Positions 1 through 9,836 of a stretch of 64,000 nucleotides of DNA are shown here, one piece after another. Source of the DNA: Candidatus Saccharicenans sp. (GTDB lineage Bacteria > Acidobacteriota > Aminicenantia > Aminicenantales > Saccharicenantaceae); assembly GCA_030018265.1 (NCBI GenBank), contig JASEFX010000007.1, positions 1,122 through 65,121 of the forward strand. The letters run 5' to 3'. Position 1 is the stretch's first letter. Every line of letters begins with the position of its first letter. The notes under the pieces were generated by a model. The model was given only the letters and a program-made list of their open reading frames with translations, made no database searches and had not been told where the DNA came from. A program made the position numbers and the translations under genes.

Positions 1-234
1 ATGCTCTCCGACCTGCGCGAATCAGGTGCGATCGAGCAGGATGCTGATGTGGTCATATTCATTTACCGCCCGGATTATTACCATCCTGAAGACGAAGCGA
101 TTAAGGGAATTGCCGAGGTTTCGGTGGCCAAGCAGAGAAACGGACCGCTCGGAGGCGTCTCGCTGGTGTTTTTGCGGGAATACGCTAAATTCGTTAATAT
201 GGATAAAAGTTACCGGCACGAAGAAGAATTTTGA
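1..234 (+). CDS. dnaB: Replicative DNA helicase DnaB, C-terminal fragment (truncated by window start)
   Basis: [22 protein letters not shown] and AKQRNGP are DnaB H3/H4 motifs. Confidence 0.96.
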   Translation: MLSDLRESGAIEQDADVVIFIYRPDYYHPEDEAIKGIAEVSVAKQRNGPLGGVSLVFLREYAKFVNMDKSYRHEEEF

Positions 235-243
235 TTCCGACAG

Positions 244-1026
244 ATGGCCAGACAGGTGTGGATACCCTTTTTCGGGAAATTTTTCTTTGAACTCGGCCAG
301 GTCTATTATCTGACGGTTCGCAGCCTGAAGGCTATCTTCAGCAAGCCGTTTGAAACCAGAAATTTCTGGCAGCAGCTGGAGGAAGTCGGTGTAAATTCTC
401 TGCCGGTGGTTTCTCTGACGGCTGCTTTCGGAGGGCTGGTTTTCGGTCTGCAGTCTTATCTGGCGTTTCATCGCTATATAGGTCCCGGTTCAGAAACTCA
501 GGGAGGGCCGATCATAGCCGTAGGACTGTGCCGCGAGTTAATTCCGATTCTTGTCGGGTTGATGGTGGCCGGCCGGGTCGGCTCAGCGATGGCCGCAGAA
601 ATAGGGACGATGAAAATTACCGAGCAGATCGACGCCCTTTTCAGCCTGGGCGCGGACCCGGTGAAGTATCTGGTGGCTCCGCGAATTCTGGCCAGCTTGA
701 TCATGGTTCCCTGTCTCACGCTTTACGGAGATGTGATCGGGATTTTCGGCGGCTATGCTTATAACGTCTTGCTGATGAAAGTCAACAAGACGCTGTACAT
801 TCAGAATACGCTTAAATATTTTGAGATGTGGGACGTTTCGGTCGGGTTGATCAAAGCCCTGGTGTTCGGTCTGGTTATTGCCATAGTAGGCTGCTGGCAG
901 GGAATGACGGCTGAAGGCGGAGCCGAAGGCGTCGGTCGGGCCACCACGAAGGCGGTGGTGGTGGCCAGCATCGCCATTCTCATCCTGAATTTCTTCCTGA
1001 GCAAAATACTTCCAGCCACAATCTAA
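244..1026 (+). CDS. mlaE: MlaE-family ABC transporter permease (lipid trafficking)
   Basis: AGRVGSAMAAEIGTMKITEQIDAL and GAEGVGRATTKAVV motifs; precedes the ATPase and MCE genes. Confidence 0.93.
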   Translation: MARQVWIPFFGKFFFELGQVYYLTVRSLKAIFSKPFETRNFWQQLEEVGVNSLPVVSLTAAFGGLVFGLQSYLAFHRYIGPGSETQGGPIIAVGLCRELIPILVGLMVAGRVGSAMAAEIGTMKITEQIDALFSLGADPVKYLVAPRILASLIMVPCLTLYGDVIGIFGGYAYNVLLMKVNKTLYIQNTLKYFEMWDVSVGLIKALVFGLVIAIVGCWQGMTAEGGAEGVGRATTKAVVVASIAILILNFFLSKILPATI

Positions 1027-1030
1027 AAAA

Positions 1031-1783
1031 ATGGTGAAGATAAAAATAACTGACCTGCACAAAGCCTTCGGGAGCAAACAGGTGCTCAAAGGGCTGGATC
1101 TGGAAATCATGTCGGGCGAGACGCTGGTGGTCATCGGTCAGAGCGGGTCCGGAAAGAGCGTGCTTTTGAAACACATCATAGGTATTATGAAACCTGACCG
1201 GGGCAGGGTGATGGTTGACGGTCAGGAAATCAGCTCGATGTCCGATGAACAGCTGATGAAACTCAGCCGTAAATTCGGCATGCTTTTTCAGGGAGCCGCG
1301 CTTTTTGATTCACTGACGGTTGAAGAAAATGTGGCTTTTGGCCTCCGGCGGCATACCACTCTCAGCGAGGATGAAATTAAAGAGAGAGTGAAGGAAAGCC
1401 TTGAACAGGTGGGCCTGAGAGGAGTGGAAAAGCTTTTTCCCCACGAACTTTCCGGCGGGATGAAAAAAAGAGTCGGGCTCGCCCGGGCGATTGCCTACCG
1501 CCCGGAAATCGTCCTGTATGATGAACCGACAACCGGACTCGACCCGATAAGGGCTGAAGCTATCAATGATCTGATACTCTGTCTCAAGAAGCAAATGAGG
1601 GTAACTTCAGTCATCATCACTCACGACATGAACATGACCTATAAGGTGGCTGACAGGATTGCCATGCTTTATGATGGACGTATCATTGAGACCGGGGCTC
1701 CTGAGGAAATCAGGAATACCGACAACCCGGTGGTTCAGCAGTTTATCAACGGCCGGACCGAGGGGCCGATTACTGAATGGTGA
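1031..1783 (+). CDS. mlaF: MlaF-family ABC ATPase
   Basis: Walker A GQSGSGKS, signature LSGGMKKRVGLARA, YDEPTTGLDP. Confidence 0.93.
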   Translation: MVKIKITDLHKAFGSKQVLKGLDLEIMSGETLVVIGQSGSGKSVLLKHIIGIMKPDRGRVMVDGQEISSMSDEQLMKLSRKFGMLFQGAALFDSLTVEENVAFGLRRHTTLSEDEIKERVKESLEQVGLRGVEKLFPHELSGGMKKRVGLARAIAYRPEIVLYDEPTTGLDPIRAEAINDLILCLKKQMRVTSVIITHDMNMTYKVADRIAMLYDGRIIETGAPEEIRNTDNPVVQQFINGRTEGPITEW

Positions 1784-1792
1784 GGAGAAAAA

Positions 1793-3106
1793 ATGCAGAT
1801 GCAGAGAGAAATGAAAGTCGGGCTCTTCTTTTCGGGAGTTTTTGTCATCCTGGCCATTTTGATACTCTCGGTTGGAGATGTCCAGGAACTTTTTAAGAAG
1901 AAAGGCTATCAGCTTTATGCTGTTTTCGATTCAGCTCTTGGTCTGGAAACCAACGCCGTGGTTAAAATGGCCGGCATAAAGATCGGACTGGTTAAAGACA
2001 TCGCTCTGAGCGGCCGTCGCGCCCGGGTAACCATGAGCATCTATCCGGAGTATCGCATACCGCACGGCTCCAAAGCCACCCTGGCTTCTCTGGGCATTCT
2101 TGGAGAAAAATACGTGGAAATCGTGCCCGGAAAAGAAGACAGCTATTATGAGCCGGGAGAGGAAATGGATTCTCTTCCGCCGATCAGTTTTGATCAGCTT
2201 GGCTTGCTGCTGATGTCCCTGGGAGAAGATGTCAAAAAGGTGGCCGCCTCGGTTAACACCGTGCTCCAGAGGGATCTCGGCCCGAACCTCAGGAAAACAC
2301 TGGAAAATCTGGCCTCGCTTTCCGGAGAGCTGGACTCTCTGGTTAAAGAGAACAGGTCTTCGCTGCATCAGGCGCTTGAGGATTCCGGAAAAACTTTCAG
2401 CAATTTCAACCATCAGCTGGAGAGAGTTTCCAGCCAGCTTCAGGAAACGCTGAAGGAGATAGATGGTCTCGTCGAGGAGAACAGACCAGGGTTGAAGGAA
2501 AATCTGAAAAAGATGGATGAAGCGCTGACGGCACTTCGTGAAGCCATCGACCGCCTCAGGAATATACTGGATAAAATTGACCGGGGAGAAGGAACGGCTG
2601 GCCGGCTGCTGCTGGACAGCGCTCTCTATGAAGAGGCGCGCGAGTCGATCAGTCAGGTTCGCGAGATTGCCTCTAACGTGAAGGGGTTGAGTATAGAAGG
2701 GGGAATATCTGGAAATTATTATGGCCGGAGCGATCTTTTCAAAGGAAGCCTGCACGGTAATCTCTGGTGGAAAAATCGGGCGCTTGTTTCTGTCGGTCTT
2801 GTGAGCAATCCCTGGCAGGACAGATTTGTTTATTCGCTTCAGGCCGGATGGAGGACGGCGGGTCTGGTGGCCAGGGGAGGGTTGATAGAATCAAAATTTG
2901 GCGCAGGACTCGACTGGTATCTTCTGAAGGAGAGGGTAAGCCTGAGCGCCGAAGCTTTTGATTTCAATCGCCAGCCGCGACCACAGTTCAGAGTTTATGG
3001 CCGGGTGTATCCGGTAAAAAATATTTATTTTTTGATCGGTCTGGATGATTTTTCGCTGGCCGGGAAGCGTGAAACCTTCTTCGGTCTCGGACTGGAGTTT
3101 AAATGA
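1793..3106 (+). CDS. mlaD: MCE/MlaD protein with long helical stalk and C-terminal beta-rich domain
   Basis: N-terminal TM; MCE domain (GLETNAVVKMAGIKIGLV...LGILGEKYVEIVPG); heptad-rich middle; amphipathic beta-strand C-terminus ending FGLGLEFK. Confidence 0.88.
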   Translation: MQMQREMKVGLFFSGVFVILAILILSVGDVQELFKKKGYQLYAVFDSALGLETNAVVKMAGIKIGLVKDIALSGRRARVTMSIYPEYRIPHGSKATLASLGILGEKYVEIVPGKEDSYYEPGEEMDSLPPISFDQLGLLLMSLGEDVKKVAASVNTVLQRDLGPNLRKTLENLASLSGELDSLVKENRSSLHQALEDSGKTFSNFNHQLERVSSQLQETLKEIDGLVEENRPGLKENLKKMDEALTALREAIDRLRNILDKIDRGEGTAGRLLLDSALYEEARESISQVREIASNVKGLSIEGGISGNYYGRSDLFKGSLHGNLWWKNRALVSVGLVSNPWQDRFVYSLQAGWRTAGLVARGGLIESKFGAGLDWYLLKERVSLSAEAFDFNRQPRPQFRVYGRVYPVKNIYFLIGLDDFSLAGKRETFFGLGLEFK

Positions 3107-4458
3107 GAAAAAACACAGTGTTTGTATGCCAGAATTGCGGTTTTCATTCGCCGAAGTGGCTTGGAAGATGCAGCCAGTGCGGCGAATGGAATACCATGGT
3201 AGAAGAACTCGAGGAGCAACTGGCGGTTGAACTTTCGGAGACTCCCGGGTATCCTGTTCTTTATCAGGACATCCAGGAAACATACTGCCAGAGGATACCG
3301 GTTGGCATAGAGCAGCTGAACAACGTGCTGGGCGGGGGGCTGGTCCCGGGCTCGGTGGTGCTGATCGGTGGAGAGCCCGGCATCGGCAAATCCACCCTTC
3401 TGCTTCAGGTTTCAAAGGATCTCGGAAGCGGAGATTCTTCAGTTCTTTATGTTTCCGGTGAGGAATCTCTCGAGCAGATCAAACTCAGAGGAGACCGCCT
3501 GGGCTTGCGAGCGGAAAAAGTTTATCTGATGGCCGAGACCAGCCTGGAGAGAATATTAAACGCAGCCGATCGGATGAAGCCTGGCATTCTGGTGGTCGAT
3601 TCTGTCCAGACAGTTTTTTCCTCTCAGCTAACCTCGAGTCCAGGAACGATCAGTCAGGTCCGCGAGGTCACCAATCGCATCTTCCGACTGGCCAAGCAGA
3701 ATCAGATGCCGGTTTTTCTGATCGGACACATCACGAAGGAAGGGAGCCTGGCCGGCCCGAAATCGCTCGAGCATATGGTGGATGTGGTTCTGCTGTTTGA
3801 AGGTGAACGAGATCATCATCACCGGGTGCTCAGGGTGCTCAAGAACCGCTTCGGCCCGGTTTCCGAGCTGGCCATATTTGAGATGACCCAGTCAGGTCTG
3901 CAGCCGATAGATAATCCTTCCGCCTTCTTTCTCCGGGAAAGGCCCCAGAATGAACCCGGTAGCGTGGTGGTGGCCACGATCAAAGGTTCGAGGCCTTTGC
4001 TGGTTGAGATTCAGGCGCTGGTCTCCTCCACCCTTTTTACCGGAAATCCCAGGCGGATGTCGATCGGACTTGACCATTACCGCGTCTCGATGCTTCTGGC
4101 GCTGGTGGAGAAAAAAATCGGTTATAGCTTCTCTGGAGAGGATATTTATCTGAATGTGGCAGGCGGGCTGGAAGTGGAGGAACCAGCGGCCGACCTGGGT
4201 GTGGTGCTGGCGGTAATTTCCTCCATCAAAAATATTCCGCTGCCCCGGGAGATGGTGGTTTTCGGTGAAGTGGGACTGAGCGGTGAGGTCCGTTCGGTCA
4301 GCCAGGCCGCCGCCCGGGTGAAGGAAGCCAGGGCTCTGGGTTTTGAAACTGTTTTGCTCCCCGCGGGAAATCTGCCGCAGCTGCAGTCAGAAAATCTCAA
4401 AGGAATCCGATGCCTCGGAGTGGATTCGATCAGGAAAGCTCTGACCCAGGTATTTTAA
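3103..4458 (+). CDS. radA: DNA repair protein RadA/Sms
   Basis: C4 zinc finger CQNC...CSQC, GGEPGIGKSTLLLQ, KNRFG motif, Lon-like C-terminus. Confidence 0.97.
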   Translation: MRKNTVFVCQNCGFHSPKWLGRCSQCGEWNTMVEELEEQLAVELSETPGYPVLYQDIQETYCQRIPVGIEQLNNVLGGGLVPGSVVLIGGEPGIGKSTLLLQVSKDLGSGDSSVLYVSGEESLEQIKLRGDRLGLRAEKVYLMAETSLERILNAADRMKPGILVVDSVQTVFSSQLTSSPGTISQVREVTNRIFRLAKQNQMPVFLIGHITKEGSLAGPKSLEHMVDVVLLFEGERDHHHRVLRVLKNRFGPVSELAIFEMTQSGLQPIDNPSAFFLRERPQNEPGSVVVATIKGSRPLLVEIQALVSSTLFTGNPRRMSIGLDHYRVSMLLALVEKKIGYSFSGEDIYLNVAGGLEVEEPAADLGVVLAVISSIKNIPLPREMVVFGEVGLSGEVRSVSQAAARVKEARALGFETVLLPAGNLPQLQSENLKGIRCLGVDSIRKALTQVF

Positions 4459-4510
4459 TTTTCCTGCCTTTTTTTGTAAAATAGTCTCGGCTTTAGAAGG
4501 TGTTCATAAA

Positions 4511-5500
4511 ATGGCTTTATTATTATTCAGGGTTTTTATTGTTTCGCTCTTTTTGATCGCAGGCTATTTTTATCCGCCCTTCATGCTCAGCCGTACCGCC
4601 GGCGGGCTGGTCGGGCTGTTTTTTGGACTGGTGGTGGTCATTCTGGAAACCAGAGTCCGTCGCGCCCAGTTCCGGATCATCTGGACCGCTTCGGTCGGCA
4701 CGTTGATCGGAGTGCTGGTAGGCTGGCTTCTCGGTTCCATCTATCATACAGTGGCCAGGACGCCGGAGATGTCCAGCTTCATCCGGATATTCTTCCTGAT
4801 TACATTTCCTTACATCGGATTTCTTCTCGGGGTTAAAAAGCCCGAATGGCTGGAACCGGGCTTCTTCGCCAGCTTTTTCCGCAGCAAAAGTCCGGAACAG
4901 AGCCCGAAATTGCTCGACACTTCAGCCATCATCGACGGTAGAATCGCCGAGGTGTGCAGCACAGGTTTTGTTGAAGGTCATCTGGTCGTGCCGCAGTTTG
5001 TGCTCAAAGAACTTCAGCTGGTGGCGGATTCTCCCGACGCCCTCAAAAGACAGCGCGGAAGGCGGGGGCTGGAAGTGCTCGACCGGCTGCAGAAAATATC
5101 GAAAATCAAGGTAATCATCTCGGACCTGGATTTCCCTGAGGTCAGGGATGTTGATTCTAAATTGATCGAAGCCGCCAGGACGCTCAGGGCGAAAATTATC
5201 ACCAATGATTTTAATCTCAATAAAGTGGCCAAGCTTCAGGGGATAGAAGTTCTGAACATTAACGAGCTGGCCAACGCTTTGAAACCGGTGGTGCTTCCCG
5301 GAGAAACCATGAGGGTGTTTATTCTGAAGGAAGGCAAGGAAAAAGACCAGGGGGTGGCTTATCTGGACGATGGGACAATGGTGGTGGTCGATAATGCCCG
5401 CAGGATGATCGGTCAGACGGTTGACATTACCGTCACCTCGGTTCTTCAGACTACCGTCGGTAAAATGATTTTCGGCCGTTATAATGGAGACGTTCATTAA
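4511..5500 (+). CDS. Membrane-anchored PIN/TRAM domain protein (YacL family)
   Basis: N-terminal TM helices, PIN motifs LLDTSAIIDGRI and ITNDFNLNKVA, TRAM GVAYLDDGTMVVV; follows radA. Confidence 0.92.
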   Translation: MALLLFRVFIVSLFLIAGYFYPPFMLSRTAGGLVGLFFGLVVVILETRVRRAQFRIIWTASVGTLIGVLVGWLLGSIYHTVARTPEMSSFIRIFFLITFPYIGFLLGVKKPEWLEPGFFASFFRSKSPEQSPKLLDTSAIIDGRIAEVCSTGFVEGHLVVPQFVLKELQLVADSPDALKRQRGRRGLEVLDRLQKISKIKVIISDLDFPEVRDVDSKLIEAARTLRAKIITNDFNLNKVAKLQGIEVLNINELANALKPVVLPGETMRVFILKEGKEKDQGVAYLDDGTMVVVDNARRMIGQTVDITVTSVLQTTVGKMIFGRYNGDVH

Positions 5501-5521
5501 AGTTCAGCATAGAATGATTCG

Positions 5522-6004
5522 ATGAGCTTCAAAGTCGGTATCGGTTATGACCTTCACCGCCTGGTCCCCGGTCGTCCGTTGATAATCGGCGGAGTAAAGT
5601 TGCCGGCGGATGCCGGCTGTCTGGCTCATTCTGACGGCGATGTCCTGGTGCACTCGATGATCGATGCGCTTCTCGGAGCCAGGGGGGAGGGGGATATCGG
5701 CCAGAGATTTCCGGATGATGCCCCGGCTTTCAAGGGCATTTCAAGCCTGGAACTCCTGCGCCGGGTGATGAAGGAAATAAAAGAGGCTGGATTCAGGGTG
5801 GTGAACACCGACAGCGTAATAATTCTTGAAAAGCCAAAGCTTGCTCCTTATTTTGAAGCGATGAAAGCAAACCTGGCACCAATTCTGGAGGCTTCGCCCA
5901 ACCGGATCGGTCTTAAAGCCAAAACGGCCGAGGGGACTGGAGAAGTCGGCTCCGGACTGGCGGTAGCTGCCTGGACGGTGGTTCTGGTGGAGGCCGAAAT
6001 CTGA
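5522..6004 (+). CDS. ispF: 2-C-methyl-D-erythritol 2,4-cyclodiphosphate synthase
   Basis: GIGYDLHRL, HSDGDVLVH, GDIGQRFPD, KAKTAE. Confidence 0.96.
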   Translation: MSFKVGIGYDLHRLVPGRPLIIGGVKLPADAGCLAHSDGDVLVHSMIDALLGARGEGDIGQRFPDDAPAFKGISSLELLRRVMKEIKEAGFRVVNTDSVIILEKPKLAPYFEAMKANLAPILEASPNRIGLKAKTAEGTGEVGSGLAVAAWTVVLVEAEI

Positions 6005-6026
6005 GCCGGAAAACGGTTTGTTGTTT

Positions 6027-6055
6027 TTGCCAGAAGTTATTAATTCTGGTATAAT
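6027..6055 (+). promoter_or_regulatory. Sigma70-type promoter of the glutamate dehydrogenase gene
   Basis: TTGCCA-17 nt-TATAAT with an extended -10 TG; AAAGGAG RBS before ATG 6171. Confidence 0.7.
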
Positions 6056-6170
6056 TTAGGCTAATTTCAGGGGAGTTAATTTTCCTGGCTGAATAGATAA
6101 TCGGCAATAAAAAATAAATTTTTCCAGCGGGAAAACTACTCTTCTGAAAAATTTAAGAAAGGAGTGTTAA

Positions 6171-9059
6171 ATGAAATCGTTGAGTGAAATCGCCAGAAAT
6201 TCTTTCTTGAACGAAGCCCAGTTAGCCAAAATTGAGGAAATTATTCTGACAGACGGTTTCTTCTGCCCCGAGACCGTGCGCGAGGAGATAGAAACCTTCT
6301 GCACCGACCTCGGCTTGAGCGAGCAGTATTTTGAGTCAACCCCGCTCGAGACCATCGCCCATCACATAGAGGCGCTGGGCGCGGCTGAAATCCTGGCAAA
6401 ATTAAGAGGAGAGAAAGAGGTAAGAATCGATTTTGCCACCGAGCTTGAAGATGAAGCCTTCTACCTGGTTGAAGACAGTCATTATCGGGCCATCGAGATT
6501 GAAGAGAGAATAGAGAAGAAATATCCTGGCTTCCGGATTCAATCCTATCGTTCCAGCAGGAAACTGCGCGGGATTGAACATCTCCGGTGGTATGTAGTCT
6601 GCCGCCCGCAATTTGCGAGCGGTGCGGTTTCCCCGGAAGAGACCGACCTCAAGAAGATCGCCGATAAAGATTTTCTGTCTTCGATTCCGAAAGAAACATT
6701 CGCCAGATACCAGGAGCTGATGAAAAAAGCTAAGGACCCGGAAAGGCCGTACATCGAGGCCAACCATGTGGCCAAAGACAAAAGTCTGCGGATTTCAGTC
6801 GTCTGCAAGAGCGATTCGATACCGAGATTTTTCATCAACGTTTCCGACGTGTTAAATTCACATGGCCTGGTTTCCAGAAGGAAATATGTTGAACATTTTG
6901 CCAACGGTCGCACCATCCTGACCTTCTACGTGGACGATATTACCGATCAGGAAAAGCTGGATGACCTGCTGGCGGACATAAGCCTGATTTATGTGATTCC
7001 CGAGAGCCCGCTGTCGAAGCTTTTCCGCGAGGGCAAGCTCACTGCTCAGGAAATGCTGTTCGGAGTCTCTGCCTGGAGCTTCTGCCACCAGTTCCTGAGC
7101 AGCTTCAACGAGGAATATCTTAAACTTTCTCAGGCGCTCAAGGATAACCCTGAGCTTCTCGGACTGCTCAGGGAGCTGAAAATCCGGCTGGCCAAGGAAA
7201 CTTTTACTGAGGATCGAGTCTGGGACGCTCTGATTAACAACTATCAGATAGTCAAAGAGCTATTCAAAATATTCGACCAGCGTTTTAACCCCGCGGTCAA
7301 AAACCATAATGTGGATGAAGCTTTCGAGAACATCAGCAAAACCATCACCCGCGAGGTTCAGGTGGAGGCTGACCGGGTCGTGCTGCTGACTATAATCAGC
7401 TTCATCAAATCAATTCTGCGCACGAACTTTTACAAGAAAGAAAAAGTTTCCATCGCTTACATGTACAATCCGGAATTCCTGAACAAAGTTGATTATCCGG
7501 TCACTCCTTTTGGTGTTTTTCACGTTATAGGTCGCGAGCTGCGCGGTTTCCACGTACGATTCCGCGACATCGCCCGCGGAGGCATCAGAATCGTCAGGTC
7601 GATCAACTATCAGACCTATCTGAACAATTCCGATTTCATCTTCGACGAAAATTACAACCTGGCACTCACCCAGCAGCGCAAGAATAAAGACCTGGCTGAA
7701 GGCGGGTCAAAAGGCACGATCCTCCTCCGCTGGGGTTTTACGGACAAAATGTCCGTAGCTTTTAAGAAGTACATCGACGGACTGCTCGACCTGATGATGC
7801 CCGACAAGTCGATCGTGGATTATTACGGCAAAGAAGTTATCCTGTTCCTCGGTCCGGATGAATGGACAGCGGATTTGATGGAATGGGCAGCCGATAGAGC
7901 CCGCTTCCGCGGCTACAAATTCTGGAAAGCTTTTACTACCGGAAAACCGCTCAGCATGGGCGGCATTCCCCACGACCGCTACGGGATGACCACCAATTCG
8001 GTGCATGAGTATGTGCTCTGCGCGCTGAAAAAGCTCGGGCTTAAGGAAGAGAATGTGACCAAGGTTATGACCGGCGGTCCGGACGGCGACCTGGGTTCGA
8101 ACGAAATCCTGATTTCCAGGGACAAAATTCTGGCTGTCATCGACGGTTCGGGTGTTCTTTACGACCCTGAAGGGATCAACCGCAAAGAGCTGGTGCGTCT
8201 GGCCAGGGCCAGGAAGATGGTGGAAAACTTCAACCGTTCACTCCTTTCTCCCCAGGGCTTTCTGGTGACCATTAAGGACAGGGACGTGGTACTGCCGGAC
8301 GGAGAAAAAGTGGAAAACGGACTGGAGTTCAGAAACACCTTCCATCTGCATCCGAAGTTCAGAGCCGATATCTTCGTGCCCTGCGGCGGTCGCCCGGCAT
8401 CGGTCAACATCAATAACTGGAAGACATGGGTGGATGAGGACGGCAAGCCCAGGTTCAAGGTCATCGTGGAAGGAGCCAATCTCTTCCTGACTCAGGAAGC
8501 CAGACTCCGCCTTGAAGAGAAGGGCGCGATTATTTACAAGGATGCTTCCGCCAATAAGGGCGGCGTTACTTCTTCCTCGCTGGAAGTGCTGGCAAGCATG
8601 GTGATGACCGATAAGGAATGGGATGAGCTGATGTGCGTCAAAAACGGACAGGAATCGGATTTCAGAAAGCAGTACATTGCTGAAATCATCGAAACTATAA
8701 AAGAGAACGCCCGACTCGAGTTCGAAATAATCTGGAAAGAGCACGAAAGAACCGGAATGCCCAGGGCTGTGCTGACTGACCTGATAAGCGAAAAAATCAA
8801 TCAGATCAAGGATGCTGTTTACAACTCCAGCCTGTTTAACGACCGAGCTCTGTTGAAGAAAGTGATCGAAATCGGCGTGCCCCAATCGCTTCTGAACCTG
8901 GTCGGCCTTAACCGCTTCCTCAACCGGCTGCCCGAGAACTATCTGCGAGCGCTGTTTGCTTCCCGTCTGGCCAATCGTTATGTCTACAGATTCGGTCTGC
9001 AGGCGAATGAAGTGGATTTTTATCAGTTTGTTGAGAGCATCAAAAAGGAAGAGAAGTAA
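6171..9059 (+). CDS. Large NAD-specific glutamate dehydrogenase (fungal/protist GDH2-like)
   Basis: GFHVRFRDIARGGIRIV, KNKDLAEGGSKG, LGPDE, GGIPHDRYGMTT, GGPDGDLGSNEI, VEGANLF, DASANKGGVTSSS. Confidence 0.9.
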   Translation: MKSLSEIARNSFLNEAQLAKIEEIILTDGFFCPETVREEIETFCTDLGLSEQYFESTPLETIAHHIEALGAAEILAKLRGEKEVRIDFATELEDEAFYLVEDSHYRAIEIEERIEKKYPGFRIQSYRSSRKLRGIEHLRWYVVCRPQFASGAVSPEETDLKKIADKDFLSSIPKETFARYQELMKKAKDPERPYIEANHVAKDKSLRISVVCKSDSIPRFFINVSDVLNSHGLVSRRKYVEHFANGRTILTFYVDDITDQEKLDDLLADISLIYVIPESPLSKLFREGKLTAQEMLFGVSAWSFCHQFLSSFNEEYLKLSQALKDNPELLGLLRELKIRLAKETFTEDRVWDALINNYQIVKELFKIFDQRFNPAVKNHNVDEAFENISKTITREVQVEADRVVLLTIISFIKSILRTNFYKKEKVSIAYMYNPEFLNKVDYPVTPFGVFHVIGRELRGFHVRFRDIARGGIRIVRSINYQTYLNNSDFIFDENYNLALTQQRKNKDLAEGGSKGTILLRWGFTDKMSVAFKKYIDGLLDLMMPDKSIVDYYGKEVILFLGPDEWTADLMEWAADRARFRGYKFWKAFTTGKPLSMGGIPHDRYGMTTNSVHEYVLCALKKLGLKEENVTKVMTGGPDGDLGSNEILISRDKILAVIDGSGVLYDPEGINRKELVRLARARKMVENFNRSLLSPQGFLVTIKDRDVVLPDGEKVENGLEFRNTFHLHPKFRADIFVPCGGRPASVNINNWKTWVDEDGKPRFKVIVEGANLFLTQEARLRLEEKGAIIYKDASANKGGVTSSSLEVLASMVMTDKEWDELMCVKNGQESDFRKQYIAEIIETIKENARLEFEIIWKEHERTGMPRAVLTDLISEKINQIKDAVYNSSLFNDRALLKKVIEIGVPQSLLNLVGLNRFLNRLPENYLRALFASRLANRYVYRFGLQANEVDFYQFVESIKKEEK

Positions 9060-9062
9060 AAT

Positions 9063-9824
9063 TTAACTTATTTCGCCCGTAATGTAGGCCCGGGTTCTGG
9101 GGTCCCTGGGAGAAATCAGGACCTCGGAAGCCGGGCCGAATTCTATAAGCTCTCCAAAATAAAGGAAGGCGACGTAGTCTGCGAGCCTTCTTGCCTGACG
9201 GAGGATGTGTGTAACCAGAACGATAGTGTAATTTTGCTTGAGGTTAAGAAGCTGCTTTTCAACGTTCCGGCTCGATTGAGGGTCCAGAGCCGAAGTGGGT
9301 TCGTCACCGAGGATCACTTCGGGTTCAACGGCCAGCCCGCGGGCCAGACATAGCCTCTGCTGCTGACCGATGGAAAGACGGCTGGCCGGTTCAGCCAGCC
9401 GGTTCCTGACTTCCTCCCAGAGACCGGCCATCTTCAGGTATTTCTCCACCAGTTCATCCAGCTCTTTTCTTTTTCTGATTCCGAGCAATTTCGGCCCGAA
9501 GGCCACGTTATCGTATATTGACATCGGGAGGACCTGGGGCTTTTGCGAAAGAAGGCCCATCCGCTTGCGAATGGCGGTTACGTCGATGTCTTCCTGATAG
9601 ATATCCTGATCATCCAGTATTACTTTCCCTTCAACCCGGACCCCATCCTGTTCCTCCAGCAGGCGGTTGAGACTTTTAAGAAAGGTGGTTTTGCCGCATC
9701 CTGACGGCCCGATTATCACGGTGATGCTGTTGTCAGGAATTACCAGCGAGATGTTTTTAAGCACCTGATTTTTACCATAGAAAACATTCAGGTTTTCCAC
9801 TCTCAGGCGACCCGGTCGCGTCAT
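9063..9824 (-). CDS. pstB: PstB-family ABC ATPase (operon 1, divergent)
   Basis: GPSGCGKTT, LSIGQQQRLCLARGLAVEPE, DEPTSALDP. Confidence 0.88.
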   Translation of the reverse strand: MTRPGRLRVENLNVFYGKNQVLKNISLVIPDNSITVIIGPSGCGKTTFLKSLNRLLEEQDGVRVEGKVILDDQDIYQEDIDVTAIRKRMGLLSQKPQVLPMSIYDNVAFGPKLLGIRKRKELDELVEKYLKMAGLWEEVRNRLAEPASRLSIGQQQRLCLARGLAVEPEVILGDEPTSALDPQSSRNVEKQLLNLKQNYTIVLVTHILRQARRLADYVAFLYFGELIEFGPASEVLISPRDPRTRAYITGEIS

Positions 9825-9836
9825 CGCTTTGCTCCC

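Noticed and set aside
1931-2755. Long antisense or alternate-frame ORFs (also 20447-21202, 33685-34437, 34766-35545, 43651-44553)
   Set aside because: They shadow well-supported genes on the opposite strand and show no protein motifs; this is expected from codon bias
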